A DNA stretch of 64,000 bases from an uncultured Erythrobacter sp. (GTDB lineage Bacteria; Pseudomonadota; Alphaproteobacteria; Sphingomonadales; Sphingomonadaceae), in NCBI GenBank assembly GCA_947488155.1, contig CANKYK010000001.1, positions 1,194,439 through 1,258,438 on the forward strand, given 5' to 3'. This document shows positions 10,301 through 18,848 of this stretch, piece after piece. Within the stretch, counting starts at the first letter, position 1. Each line of letters opens with the position of its first letter. The notes under the pieces are model-generated. The model did not search any database and was not told the DNA's origin. It was given only the letters and a program-made list of their open reading frames with translations. A program made the position numbers and the translations under genes.

Positions 10301-10391
10301 GGGTGCACTCGGATCCCGGATGGGATGCGGAACACAAATCAAAGAAAATGGTGCATGAGGCAGTCCACCTCTAACCCGTCTCTGGAAATTT

Positions 10392-10411
10392 AATCCCGTT
10401 TGAACGGGATT
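10392..10411. promoter_or_regulatory. 20-bp palindrome AATCCCGTT-TG-AACGGGATT
   Basis: Perfect 9-bp arms with a 2-nt spacer, at the left edge of the AT-rich block. It shares the ACGGGA(A)TT core with the downstream repeats. Confidence 0.6.
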
Positions 10412-10511
10412 CCCTGCCTGATCTCAATCATTGACGAGGGCCTCGCAGACGCACTTATCGTGCAATTGCAGAATCTTATCATTTAACTCAGGCTTTTTGC
10501 GAAATCACAAC

Positions 10512-10563
10512 ACGGGAATTCAATCGTTGCTCGACGGGAATTTTCTCAACGTGCACGGCAATT
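10512..10563 (+). repeat. Three phased direct repeats: ACGGGAATT, ACGGGAATT, ACGGCAATT
   Basis: Copies start at 10512, 10534 and 10555, spaced 22 and 21 bp apart (about two helical turns). They lie about 110 bp upstream of the ParB-methyltransferase gene. Confidence 0.6.
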
Positions 10564-10670
10564 GTGCTGACCACATCAGCCTAGCCGAAAACTAAATTTC
10601 TCATTTCAGCCTTACGGACCGATTTCCTTCGCGTCAGAATCACCTCTTTCGAGCAATTGAAAGGTGAAAC

Positions 10671-12002
10671 ATGACAACTCCCAAATCACTCAAGACAGAA
10701 CTCAAGGTCGAGTATCGTTCGATCGATAACCTTCACGAGAACCCGAACAACGCCAAGCTGCACCCCAAAGAACAGATTTCAAAAATCTGCCGTTCCATTG
10801 AGCAGTTTGGATTCCTTGTGCCGTTACTTGTTGATGGAGATGGCATGGTGCTTTGCGGGCACGGCCGATTGCAGGCAGCCAAGCAGCTAGGCGAGAAATC
10901 ACTCCCGGTAGTTTGTGTTGACCATCTCAGTGAGGCCGAACGCCGCGCATTTGTGATCGCCGACAATAAGCTTGCAGAGCAAGGCAAGTGGGACGAGGCC
11001 CAGTTAGCAATCGAATTCAACGCATTGCTCGAACTCGAGGATGAAATCGAGATCACCGATACAGCGTTTGAAATTGGCGAGATCGACTATTTGATTGAGA
11101 AGAGTCAGGACGATAGCGAACCTGAAGAGGAAAATTTCCTCGCCGCCGAGGTGGACCAGCTCTGCCAACTTGGCGATCTATGGCAACTCGGTAAACACAG
11201 ACTCTATTGCGGCGATGCGCTTGACCCAATGAGTTATGAGGTCCTGCTTGGTTCGGAGAAAGCGGCGATGGTGTTCACCGACCCGCCATACAACCTGCCT
11301 ATCGCCGGGGTCGCTTCCGGCAAAGGAAAGGTTCGGCATCAGGACTTTGTTCAAGCGAGCGGTGAGATGTCGCGAGCGAAGTTTGGAGAGTTCTTAGAGC
11401 GCTTCATCCAATGTTCGATCGCTTCGACCAAGGATGGAGCCATTCACTTCATTTGCATGGACTGGCGACAGATCGACCTCTTGGTCAGCATCGGTCGCCA
11501 GCGCTTCGAAGAGCTGAAGGCAATCTGCGTCTGGGATAAAGGCACAGGCTCGATGGGCTCGCTCTACCGCAGCCGCCATGAGTTCATCGCTGTCTTTAAG
11601 TCTGGCTCCGCTCCGCACATCAACAATATCGAACTGGGTCGTCACGGTAGAAACCGTTCGAACGTTTGGGCTTACCCAGGGATGGGATCATTTGGGAGGG
11701 GACGCTCCAAAGCACTGAGTTTCCATCCGACCGTCAAGAACTTGGAGATGGTGGCAGATGCCAACCTTGATTGTTCAAAACCGGGTGATCTGGTGCTTGA
11801 TCCATTCGCAGGATCGGGAACGACTGCCTTAGCTGCGCAGAGGACCAAGCGGCGAGCAGCATTGATCGAACTCGATCGACATTACTGCGACATTATCCTG
11901 CATCGCTTTCGTGAAGCGACGGGGATCGACCCAGTCAAAGTCAGTGAAGAGGAAGTCGCAAAGACATCGTCAGCTGCATCCACGGAGGCAGACAATGGAT
12001 AA
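10671..12002 (+). CDS. ParB-like nuclease domain fused to an N6-adenine/N4-cytosine DNA methyltransferase
   Basis: The N-terminus has the ParB/Srx-type segment ...LVDGDGMVLCGHGRLQAAKQLG. The MTase part has motif IV DPPYNL and the AdoMet motif DPFAGSGTT (beta-class order). Confidence 0.85.
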   Translation: MTTPKSLKTELKVEYRSIDNLHENPNNAKLHPKEQISKICRSIEQFGFLVPLLVDGDGMVLCGHGRLQAAKQLGEKSLPVVCVDHLSEAERRAFVIADNKLAEQGKWDEAQLAIEFNALLELEDEIEITDTAFEIGEIDYLIEKSQDDSEPEEENFLAAEVDQLCQLGDLWQLGKHRLYCGDALDPMSYEVLLGSEKAAMVFTDPPYNLPIAGVASGKGKVRHQDFVQASGEMSRAKFGEFLERFIQCSIASTKDGAIHFICMDWRQIDLLVSIGRQRFEELKAICVWDKGTGSMGSLYRSRHEFIAVFKSGSAPHINNIELGRHGRNRSNVWAYPGMGSFGRGRSKALSFHPTVKNLEMVADANLDCSKPGDLVLDPFAGSGTTALAAQRTKRRAALIELDRHYCDIILHRFREATGIDPVKVSEEEVAKTSSAASTEADNG

Positions 12003-12396
12003 CGAAGCGAGCGACGATACCGATTATGAGGTTGGCTACAAGAAGCCCCCGAAGATGTACCAGTTCAAGAAAGGGAACAGGGCAGCAGCGGGCAGGCGAA
12101 AGTCAAAGCAGCAGCAAAATACTGAAGAAATGTTGGCTAGGCTGTTCAATGAGAAGGTCACGGTTGCGCTTGAAGGCAAGAAGGTCCGAATGCCCTGGAA
12201 AGAGGCGATCATGAGAAGCCTCCTGAGTGAATCGCGAAAATCGACCCGAGACATGTTCCGTCTTTTAGAGTTGATGAGGGAGTTCCAGATCGATCTCGTT
12301 CACCCGGATACTGAAGTGGATAACCGGCCCAAGATCATATTGGAGTTTGTCGGCGATGACGTGAAACCAGTGCATGACACGTGTATCAAAGAGTAG
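11995..12396 (+). CDS. DUF5681-like small protein
   Basis: The ATG at 11995 overlaps the methyltransferase stop (ATGGATAA). The N-terminus, VGYKKPPKMYQFKKGNRAAAGRRK, resembles the DUF5681 signature. Confidence 0.55.
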   Translation: MDNEASDDTDYEVGYKKPPKMYQFKKGNRAAAGRRKSKQQQNTEEMLARLFNEKVTVALEGKKVRMPWKEAIMRSLLSESRKSTRDMFRLLELMREFQIDLVHPDTEVDNRPKIILEFVGDDVKPVHDTCIKE

Positions 12397-12425
12397 GCCA
12401 ACTATCCCTCGGATCAGCGCTACGC

Positions 12426-13277
12426 TCAGAGCTGACTGACGAGGTCAGCCTGTTCTTGCTCGATCTCTTCCACGAGCTCTGCTGCTCGAGCATCAAAGGC
12501 ACTCCGGGCCATATACTGGAGAGCGACATCCATACGATTGGTGCCAGTTCCAGAGCATTCCTGCGACCTTTGAAGATAGCTACTTCGGGCAATCTGATAC
12601 AGCGACCGAGCAAGCCGGTTGGCCGATCCAGGATAAGGAGGAGGACTCTCTGCCGAAAACGAGAGGGTCAAGAGAACCGCGATCCGTTGCGAAGCATAGA
12701 TCCGCGAGGTTTGAACGCTCTCTCCGCTACGCCGAGCTCTTCGGTTCGCGCGGGCGAGCTCAATTCGTCTGAATTCCTCTTCGAATATGGCCTCAGGATA
12801 TTTCGCTGAGAGACCTGCCGACACTTCGTCTAGCACCGTGACTGCATCGTTACTGCATTGATCAGTTGATGCGAGCCAGACCTGGTCGAGGAGTTTGCTT
12901 TTAAACCGTGGTTCGACCTTGAAGGGCATGCCCGCAATCTGAATCCCATCCGAACGGTATGATATTCTCACCTGGCTGGGATTATCGCTCGCTCTTCTTC
13001 GATAGAGTCTCGCCTTTGAGATTCCGGGAAGGACTCGGAGGATAGGCACAACCTCTTCCGGTGACATACCCACCCTGAGTTCTTGCCAAAGTGTCGGAGG
13101 CTCGGAAGAGTGAGTCTCTTCTCGGTCAACCGGCGCAACGTGCGAGCGTTCTAGGCTTTGCTCATCACTTTGCTGTTCGCGTGCGTGAGCATTTGGCGCG
13201 GCCAAAGTGAATGCAGAGCCCAAAGTGGCCACTAAGCCTAGCGCCAATATGCTCCTGCGGTTGCTTTTCGTAATCAT
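12426..13277 (-). CDS. Exported hypothetical protein
   Basis: 283-aa ORF with a Sec-type signal peptide (MITKSNRRSILALGLVATLGSAFTLAAPNAHA). I do not recognise a family. Confidence 0.5.
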   Translation of the reverse strand: MITKSNRRSILALGLVATLGSAFTLAAPNAHAREQQSDEQSLERSHVAPVDREETHSSEPPTLWQELRVGMSPEEVVPILRVLPGISKARLYRRRASDNPSQVRISYRSDGIQIAGMPFKVEPRFKSKLLDQVWLASTDQCSNDAVTVLDEVSAGLSAKYPEAIFEEEFRRIELARANRRARRSGESVQTSRIYASQRIAVLLTLSFSAESPPPYPGSANRLARSLYQIARSSYLQRSQECSGTGTNRMDVALQYMARSAFDARAAELVEEIEQEQADLVSQL

Positions 13278-13396
13278 CCATCACCCTCATGTCGCCAGTA
13301 AGTGACATCGACTACTGCTCGCTTCACTATTCCAGTCAAGTAAAATGTCACTCATCGTCTGTAGATTGATCGACGACACCCGTCTCAACTGCGCAC

Positions 13397-13600
13397 GTGG
13401 ATATTCGTCAGCGCCTCGCCGCAAATTTGCGCAAACTCCGTCTTGAAAAGGGCTGGAGTCAGGAGGAGTTCGCACACGAGGCTGATATCCATCGGACTTA
13501 CATCAGTGACCTTGAGCGCTCCGCGCGCAATCCATCGATCGAGATCATTGAGAGGTTAGCGAACACACTTGAGGTCAGAGCCGGTCAGTTGGTCGACTAA
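13397..13600 (+). CDS. XRE-family helix-turn-helix transcriptional regulator
   Basis: 67-aa ORF with a GTG start. LRKLRLEKGWSQEEFAHEADIHRTYISDLERSARNPSIEIIERLANTL is a classic Cro/C1 HTH. Confidence 0.8.
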   Translation: MDIRQRLAANLRKLRLEKGWSQEEFAHEADIHRTYISDLERSARNPSIEIIERLANTLEVRAGQLVD

Positions 13601-13717
13601 AGACCGGCTGCTGTCAGACACGAACTTCCATTGCACAAGCGTCAGCTTATGGGGGTGAAGGCGGACAGTTCAGCGATATCTCATTGTATAAATCTGCAGC
13701 CAAAGAGGTGCGACACA

Positions 13718-14743
13718 CTAGTCAGAGTTCTGCTCAGCCCCTTGACCTCTGGTTGTGGTCTCTAAAAACCGGAGTATCCGCGGCCACTGATCACGGCGAG
13801 CCGCCAAGTCTCCATTGGCATCCCCGCCCATACTTGCGAGCATCCGAGTGTCGCTTTCATCAAGATCGCTAGCGGGTCCAAAGGCCCAGTGTCCAGCATC
13901 GTCGTAAGCCAGCAATTCAATCGCAGCACCTTCTCTTTTTTCAACCTTTGCCTTGATTTCTTCAGCCATGCGGCAACCTGGCCAGAGCGTATCGTTCTTT
14001 CCGCAAATCAACAGAATTTGCGCCGTAGCTTTTTCAATTGGGATAAATGCCGACGGATGCTCTGTGGCGGCATCCCTACTACGTTTGAACATTTCTAGTC
14101 TCGGAGCATCTACCGTAAAATACTCATGCCAAGCGAGCGATTGATACGGTAAGTATGAGACCGGATCACCGCTTTCGCTCCACGAAGAACTGAACTGCGA
14201 CATATCGATGCTGTCAAAGTCGAACCCTTGCCAGATAACATCGCTAGGCATGGCCGCAACCACTGCTCCGACACGGGCGTCGCGCGTGGCTAGGAGCAAA
14301 GCACCTTCTGCCCCTTTTGAATGACCAATCACCGCAATCGGAACGGCGCGTACCTCTGGGTTGGAGCCTAGCCAATCAAGAGCGGCGTCAAAAGTTTCGA
14401 GCGGCACCATATTGAATGACCGATTGCTTTCCGAGGTAGCGTAATAGCTTTGATAAAGAACGGAGTAGCCCTCTTGTGCCAACTGCCTAGCAAAGACATT
14501 ACGGTACTCGCGCAGGCCGCCTTCCGAACCTCCGAGTAGCAAAATAGCCGGGCGTGGCCCGTCACCTAAACCTCGATAAAAATTGGCAGGCAAGCCATTG
14601 ACGGAGACGCGCTCACCTCCAACGCCCGCCTCTACTACGACGATCGGGCGCGGTTCCCTCGTGAACCAAGAATAGGCATTCACTCCAACGAAGACCAAGA
14701 TAACGGCCAGTAAACCAAGTCCAATCTTGTATCGACGCTTCAT
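13718..14743 (-). CDS. Membrane-anchored alpha/beta hydrolase (BAAT/acyl-CoA thioesterase C-terminal or dienelactone-hydrolase-like)
   Basis: N-terminal TM helix, nucleophile elbow GHSKGAE, and a late ...DDAGHW... segment. Confidence 0.65.
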   Translation of the reverse strand: MKRRYKIGLGLLAVILVFVGVNAYSWFTREPRPIVVVEAGVGGERVSVNGLPANFYRGLGDGPRPAILLLGGSEGGLREYRNVFARQLAQEGYSVLYQSYYATSESNRSFNMVPLETFDAALDWLGSNPEVRAVPIAVIGHSKGAEGALLLATRDARVGAVVAAMPSDVIWQGFDFDSIDMSQFSSSWSESGDPVSYLPYQSLAWHEYFTVDAPRLEMFKRSRDAATEHPSAFIPIEKATAQILLICGKNDTLWPGCRMAEEIKAKVEKREGAAIELLAYDDAGHWAFGPASDLDESDTRMLASMGGDANGDLAARRDQWPRILRFLETTTRGQGAEQNSD

Positions 14744-14788
14744 GCTGTATGCCTCTTGATTCGATTAATCTGATAAGCCTTAGGAAAC

Positions 14789-15580
14789 CTAGTATTCCGA
14801 ACCGGCATACTTTGCAGCGATTGTTGTTCTTGGAAAACGACCCGTAAGCATTAGCCGGGCTTTGTCAGAACAATTAGGCGCTGGCGTATGGAGCAGGCGC
14901 AAATCCATCAGGTACACATCACCAACGTTGCCGGAAAGCTCCACAATTTCAAGATCAACACCATGAACTGACCCTTTGGTTTCTGCGAGATTTGAGATTG
15001 GAGCGCGCTTGGGATCAAGCAGTGACTTGAAATAATGCTCCTTTTGCAGCTGGCTTTTAAGTTTCTTGGATGAGAGATCCGCGGCATTGTTTGCCAAACG
15101 ATGCGATCCCGCGATCACGAGGGTCGCCCCGCCTTTAGGTTCAACATCATCGAGAAATGTGAAAGCCTGCAAACCGGGCGAGGCCTTCTCGCCAATCTTG
15201 GGAAGGTCGATATGCCATGCGTCAGATGGAACCAACCAAGCATCCTCGCTCGGGAGGGAAAACAAGATTTGCTGGCCCGGTGAAAGCGGTGTTGCCGGTT
15301 GGCCAATTAACCGCTCAATCATGGGAGTTAGCTGAGCACCAATCAGGGTTGGAAATTCCTCCGCTCTGTTGAGCGTATTGAGGGCATTGCGAAATGGCTT
15401 CGGATATCCAAACCGACTTGGGGACTGCATCCAGCTTCCTGCCGAATAAATTCCATGTTCCTTCGCCAGATCAAGAACCATCTCGAACGCTTTTCGAGCT
15501 TCTTCAATTGGGACAACGCCCTCAAGTTTGATCAAGCCTCTTTCGTTCAATTCTCTCTCTAAATCGTCGAAGTGTTCCAT
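14789..15580 (-). CDS. Phytanoyl-CoA dioxygenase (PhyH)-like Fe(II)/2-oxoglutarate oxygenase
   Basis: 263-aa ORF with an HxD motif (AWHIDLP) and a distal His (GSHRL). Confidence 0.6.
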   Translation of the reverse strand: MEHFDDLERELNERGLIKLEGVVPIEEARKAFEMVLDLAKEHGIYSAGSWMQSPSRFGYPKPFRNALNTLNRAEEFPTLIGAQLTPMIERLIGQPATPLSPGQQILFSLPSEDAWLVPSDAWHIDLPKIGEKASPGLQAFTFLDDVEPKGGATLVIAGSHRLANNAADLSSKKLKSQLQKEHYFKSLLDPKRAPISNLAETKGSVHGVDLEIVELSGNVGDVYLMDLRLLHTPAPNCSDKARLMLTGRFPRTTIAAKYAGSEY

Positions 15581-15649
15581 CGGCTAGCGATTTACAGCAG
15601 GCTCCCAATGTCTGCAAATGGGTCGTTAGCAGAATGTCGGCTTCTAGCG

Positions 15650-16813
15650 CTACGTCTCGAAGAGCTGACTCTTTATCTCGGTTCCCACTGACTCAACGGT
15701 TTCTCGTAGGTAAGCATCATCCAGATGCGCGTATCTGGCGGTGGTTCTAACGTTGCTATGACCAAGCAAGCTGCCAATTATCGGGAGAGTTTCTGATGAT
15801 CTTGCAGCGAGGCTCGCATAGTTGTGTCTCAGGTCGTGCAATCTGACATCCTCGATGCCTGCTTCGACCCTCAGCATGCGCCAAAACCCTTCGATTTTAG
15901 AGACAGGCAGAATATCGAAGCGGAAAACTCGCTCGTGTTTCTTCGAGCGAGGGAAACCGTCAAGTATCGCCTTGGCCTCTTCACCAAGCCAAATGATACG
16001 GGACCCAGTCTTTGAATCGATCAGCTTGAGTTTGCGTCCCTGAACCTCGCCCCAAGTGAGATTGAGGATTTCGCCGCGCCGACATCCTGTCAAAGCGAGA
16101 AGCGAAATGACCGCCACCTCATTGGGCTTGTCGGCTCGATGCTGTGACAGGGCTTCTCCAAGACGGGCCATCTCGGCTTTGCTCAGAAAACGTTCGATCT
16201 TCCGCCCTTTGTTGCGCTTTACGCCACGAAAGGGATTGGAATGCTCTGGGAGATAGCCCCATGCTTCAGCCTTGCCGAACATGGCTTTTAGGATTTCCAT
16301 AGCGCGGTTGGCCGCGCCCGGTCCTGCCGAGCGCGTCAGCGTTGCGTGCCAGCGCACGGCATCAGCGTGCCTGATCTCGTCGATGAACTTTCCGGCGAAC
16401 GCATGTTCCAAGTGCGTTCGCCGATAGATGTCGTGTATCTCAAGCGTGGATGGCTTCCAGGTCGGAGCCGCCACCTCCCAATAGTGTCGAAGGAAGGAAG
16501 CGTAAGTCGGCGTCTTCTTCGCGCGTTGCTTCTTGTCCGCCGGATTCTGGCCCAGCTCGATCCTCAAGATTAGGCGGCGTGCAACATCCTTGGCGATACG
16601 CTCGGTTAGAATGGCAGCATCGCCGATTGTAATGAGCCTCTGCTTGCCGCCCATCGTGCGCTGCAGGACGTAACTCTTCCTGCCAGACGGATGGATACGC
16701 TCGCGAAAACCGGGAAGGACGTAATCGAACTTCGTGCGGCGCTTACCTGCATCACCCGGAACGATGCGCGCGAGCTCTTCGGCGAGGATACGTTTAAGGT
16801 CATAGCTGGTCAT
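15650..16813 (-). CDS. Tyrosine-type site-specific integrase (copy 2)
   Basis: Catalytic-domain motifs: ...LTGCRRGEIL..., HDLRHNYAS, LLGHSNVRTTARYAHL. Confidence 0.9.
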   Translation of the reverse strand: MTSYDLKRILAEELARIVPGDAGKRRTKFDYVLPGFRERIHPSGRKSYVLQRTMGGKQRLITIGDAAILTERIAKDVARRLILRIELGQNPADKKQRAKKTPTYASFLRHYWEVAAPTWKPSTLEIHDIYRRTHLEHAFAGKFIDEIRHADAVRWHATLTRSAGPGAANRAMEILKAMFGKAEAWGYLPEHSNPFRGVKRNKGRKIERFLSKAEMARLGEALSQHRADKPNEVAVISLLALTGCRRGEILNLTWGEVQGRKLKLIDSKTGSRIIWLGEEAKAILDGFPRSKKHERVFRFDILPVSKIEGFWRMLRVEAGIEDVRLHDLRHNYASLAARSSETLPIIGSLLGHSNVRTTARYAHLDDAYLRETVESVGTEIKSQLFET

Positions 16814-18054
16814 GCGGTCATCCCCATTGAGTTTGCGAGGCTGGAACAGATACGGTCGGCGCTTCTGGAAATGACCTCGTCCGCGAGATGCGCGTATCGT
16901 GCCGTCGTTTCGGGAAGCGCGTGACCGAGCAGCTTGCCAATCGTCGCAAGCGGTATCCCTTTCGCGATGGCCACAGAGGCAAAGCTGTGACGGAGATCAT
17001 GCAGGCGCACATCGGGCAAGGCGGCCTTGCGCCTGATTGTCGCCCAGTGCTGGCCCAGGTTGATCGGCACTTCGCGATACATTGCCGGGAAGACGAGCTG
17101 ATCGTCTCCGCGCCGTTGTAGCCCATTGAGCACAGCGATTGCCTGCGGGTTGAGATAGATCGTCTTTGGGCCGGTCTTGCTGTCAGGCAATGCGAGGCGG
17201 GGTATCTGGACGTAGCGCCAGCGCAATGTCGCAATCTCTGAAACCCGTGCGCCTGTATAGATCAGCATCAGGAGAGCTGGGACTACGAACGCATTGGTAC
17301 CGTCGTGCTCTGCCAGCACCTTACCGAGCCTTCGATATTCATCAGCTGACAGATAGCGTTCCGGCAGGTCCCGCTTAAAGCGAGAGACGCCGCGACAGGG
17401 GTTGGTGTTCTTCTCGCGATAGCCGAGTTTTTCGGCATATTGAATCATGACCGACATGACCGGGATGCTGCGATTGAAGGCTCCTCCCACGTCAGCCATG
17501 CTGTCTCGCCAGCGATTGATGTCAGCCCGTTCAATCGCGTCGACAGAGAGTGTTCCAAACCTTGGGATCAGCCGCTTGTCGATGCAAGCCCGCGAGGCAT
17601 CGCGCGTCGAAGGCTTCCAATGCGGCGAATAGTCGAGCCAGAACTCCTCAGCGTATTCTGAAAAGAGTGGGGCCCTTAGTTTCTCGGGAGCGGTCGGAAG
17701 GCCGACAAGAGTTGCCTTGATGAGCAATCTGCGCGCAGCAGCGCGCGCGGCTGGAGCGCTCAGCGCACCTGCCGCCACTCCCGCGCTTCCTAACGTCACC
17801 AATCGCTGCACGCCTCGCGGCCTATGCTTCACAATCCAGGTGAGGTGTCCCGACTTGCGCTTCCGAAGTCCGAAACCGGGAAGCTCTGTATCCCATGTGA
17901 TACCGATAGGAAGCGACTTTCGCCGGGCAACATGGCCGGTCAGTTTGAGGCGATGGGACTGCCTGCGGCGGGATACTGCTGTGCCTTGGCTACCACCTGA
18001 TTGCTCACCGCTGCCAACAAGCAATATCTTTGTTTCTTCGCGCTTTTTTGCCAC
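16810..18054 (-). CDS. Tyrosine-type site-specific integrase (copy 1)
   Basis: GTG start. Arm-binding-like N-terminus (LPGFGLRKRKSGHLTWIV), then YTGARVSEI, HDLRHSFAS, LLGHALPETTARYAHL. Its stop overlaps the start of copy 2 (ATGA). Confidence 0.9.
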   Translation of the reverse strand: MAKKREETKILLVGSGEQSGGSQGTAVSRRRQSHRLKLTGHVARRKSLPIGITWDTELPGFGLRKRKSGHLTWIVKHRPRGVQRLVTLGSAGVAAGALSAPAARAAARRLLIKATLVGLPTAPEKLRAPLFSEYAEEFWLDYSPHWKPSTRDASRACIDKRLIPRFGTLSVDAIERADINRWRDSMADVGGAFNRSIPVMSVMIQYAEKLGYREKNTNPCRGVSRFKRDLPERYLSADEYRRLGKVLAEHDGTNAFVVPALLMLIYTGARVSEIATLRWRYVQIPRLALPDSKTGPKTIYLNPQAIAVLNGLQRRGDDQLVFPAMYREVPINLGQHWATIRRKAALPDVRLHDLRHSFASVAIAKGIPLATIGKLLGHALPETTARYAHLADEVISRSADRICSSLANSMGMTA

Positions 18055-18313
18055 CCCATGCAGCTACCGCTGCGTAGGGTGAGCGTACTCAGCCATAGCT
18101 TCCGCTTTCGGCGTAGTTTAGAAGCCATCGGAATGTCCGAAATTGGAGCGCGAAGCGGACACCTAGAGCAGGTCAATAATTTCTGCGTGACTGGAAACCA
18201 CATACGCAGCCCCGCTTGCTTCTAGCCGGTTTGCCAAGCCGGCATCTGCATGGCTAAGCCAAACTCAGACTTTTGCTATAGGCCCTGACGAGGAACACAG
18301 GGCTACTCCTAAC

Positions 18314-18325
18314 TTAAACGTTTAA
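18314..18325. promoter_or_regulatory. Candidate LacI-family operator TTAAACGTTTAA (perfect palindrome)
   Basis: Lies 55 nt upstream of the 18380 ORF. Identical 12-mers occur at 25265 and 45501. Confidence 0.6.
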
Positions 18326-18379
18326 CTTATCTGAAGGGCACGCTAGAGGCAGCCCACTAAGACTAAGGGCAGACAGCAA

Positions 18380-18847
18380 TTGCATCACTCCGTCATCCTC
18401 ATTCTGTTGGGTATTCTCGTAGGCGCAAGTATCCCGCTTCAGGCAGCGGCCAATGCGAAGTTGGGCCAATCGCTTGACCAGCCTCTCTGGTCTGCTGCCA
18501 TTGCCCTGTCCATCAGCGCGCTCGTAGCCTTTTGCGCGATTGCGATAACCCGCTCGCCACGCCCTCCCCTCGACACAGCGTTTCAGGTTCCGTCTTGGTG
18601 TTGGCTCGGGGGACTATCTGGAGCTGCGTTCGTAATTTCTGGGACTTACCTGCTGCCCAAGATTGGTGCCGCTCAGTTCTTGGTGGCAACCGTAGTCGGT
18701 CAGCTAATCCTGGCAGTTGTTATTGATCATAATGGTTGGCTCGGCGTGGCAACAAAACCAATCGAACTCAATCGTTTGATCGGTCTGGCACTAGTCCTTG
18801 TTGGAACAGCGCTGGTGGTATCGACACAGCCACCGCGATCGATCTAG
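18380..18847 (+). CDS. Small DMT-superfamily membrane protein, YdcZ/DUF606-like
   Basis: 155-aa ORF with about 5 TM segments and a TTG start. The N-terminus ILLGILVGASIPLQAAANAKLG resembles DUF606. Confidence 0.55.
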   Translation: MHHSVILILLGILVGASIPLQAAANAKLGQSLDQPLWSAAIALSISALVAFCAIAITRSPRPPLDTAFQVPSWCWLGGLSGAAFVISGTYLLPKIGAAQFLVATVVGQLILAVVIDHNGWLGVATKPIELNRLIGLALVLVGTALVVSTQPPRSI

Positions 18848-18848
18848 A

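Noticed and set aside
10347-10354. AATGGTGC is shared with 53420-53427 (overlapping the tRNA CCA end), making it a possible direct-repeat border of the island.
   Set aside because: Only 8 bp are exact, or about 13 of 15 with a gap. That could be chance, and serine recombinases need not create long repeats. I kept it as a hint inside the island finding, not as a defined att site.
10431-10460. TTGACG...TATCGT, considered as a sigma70-like promoter in the left island border.
   Set aside because: The spacer is about 19 nt and the -10 element is poor, so it is not distinguishable from chance in AT-rich DNA.
13580-13608. The hairpin GCCGGTC...GACCGGC overlapping the XRE stop codon, considered as a terminator.
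   Set aside because: It has a 7-bp stem with a 15-nt loop and no following T tract, which is weak evidence for an intrinsic terminator.
18120-18165. A tRNA-fragment-like stretch (TTGGAGCGCGAAGCGGACAC; the reverse complement ends ...GCGCTCCA) near the integrase start.
   Set aside because: I cannot fold it into a T arm plus acceptor stem, and it has no similarity to the tRNA-Thr 3' end.
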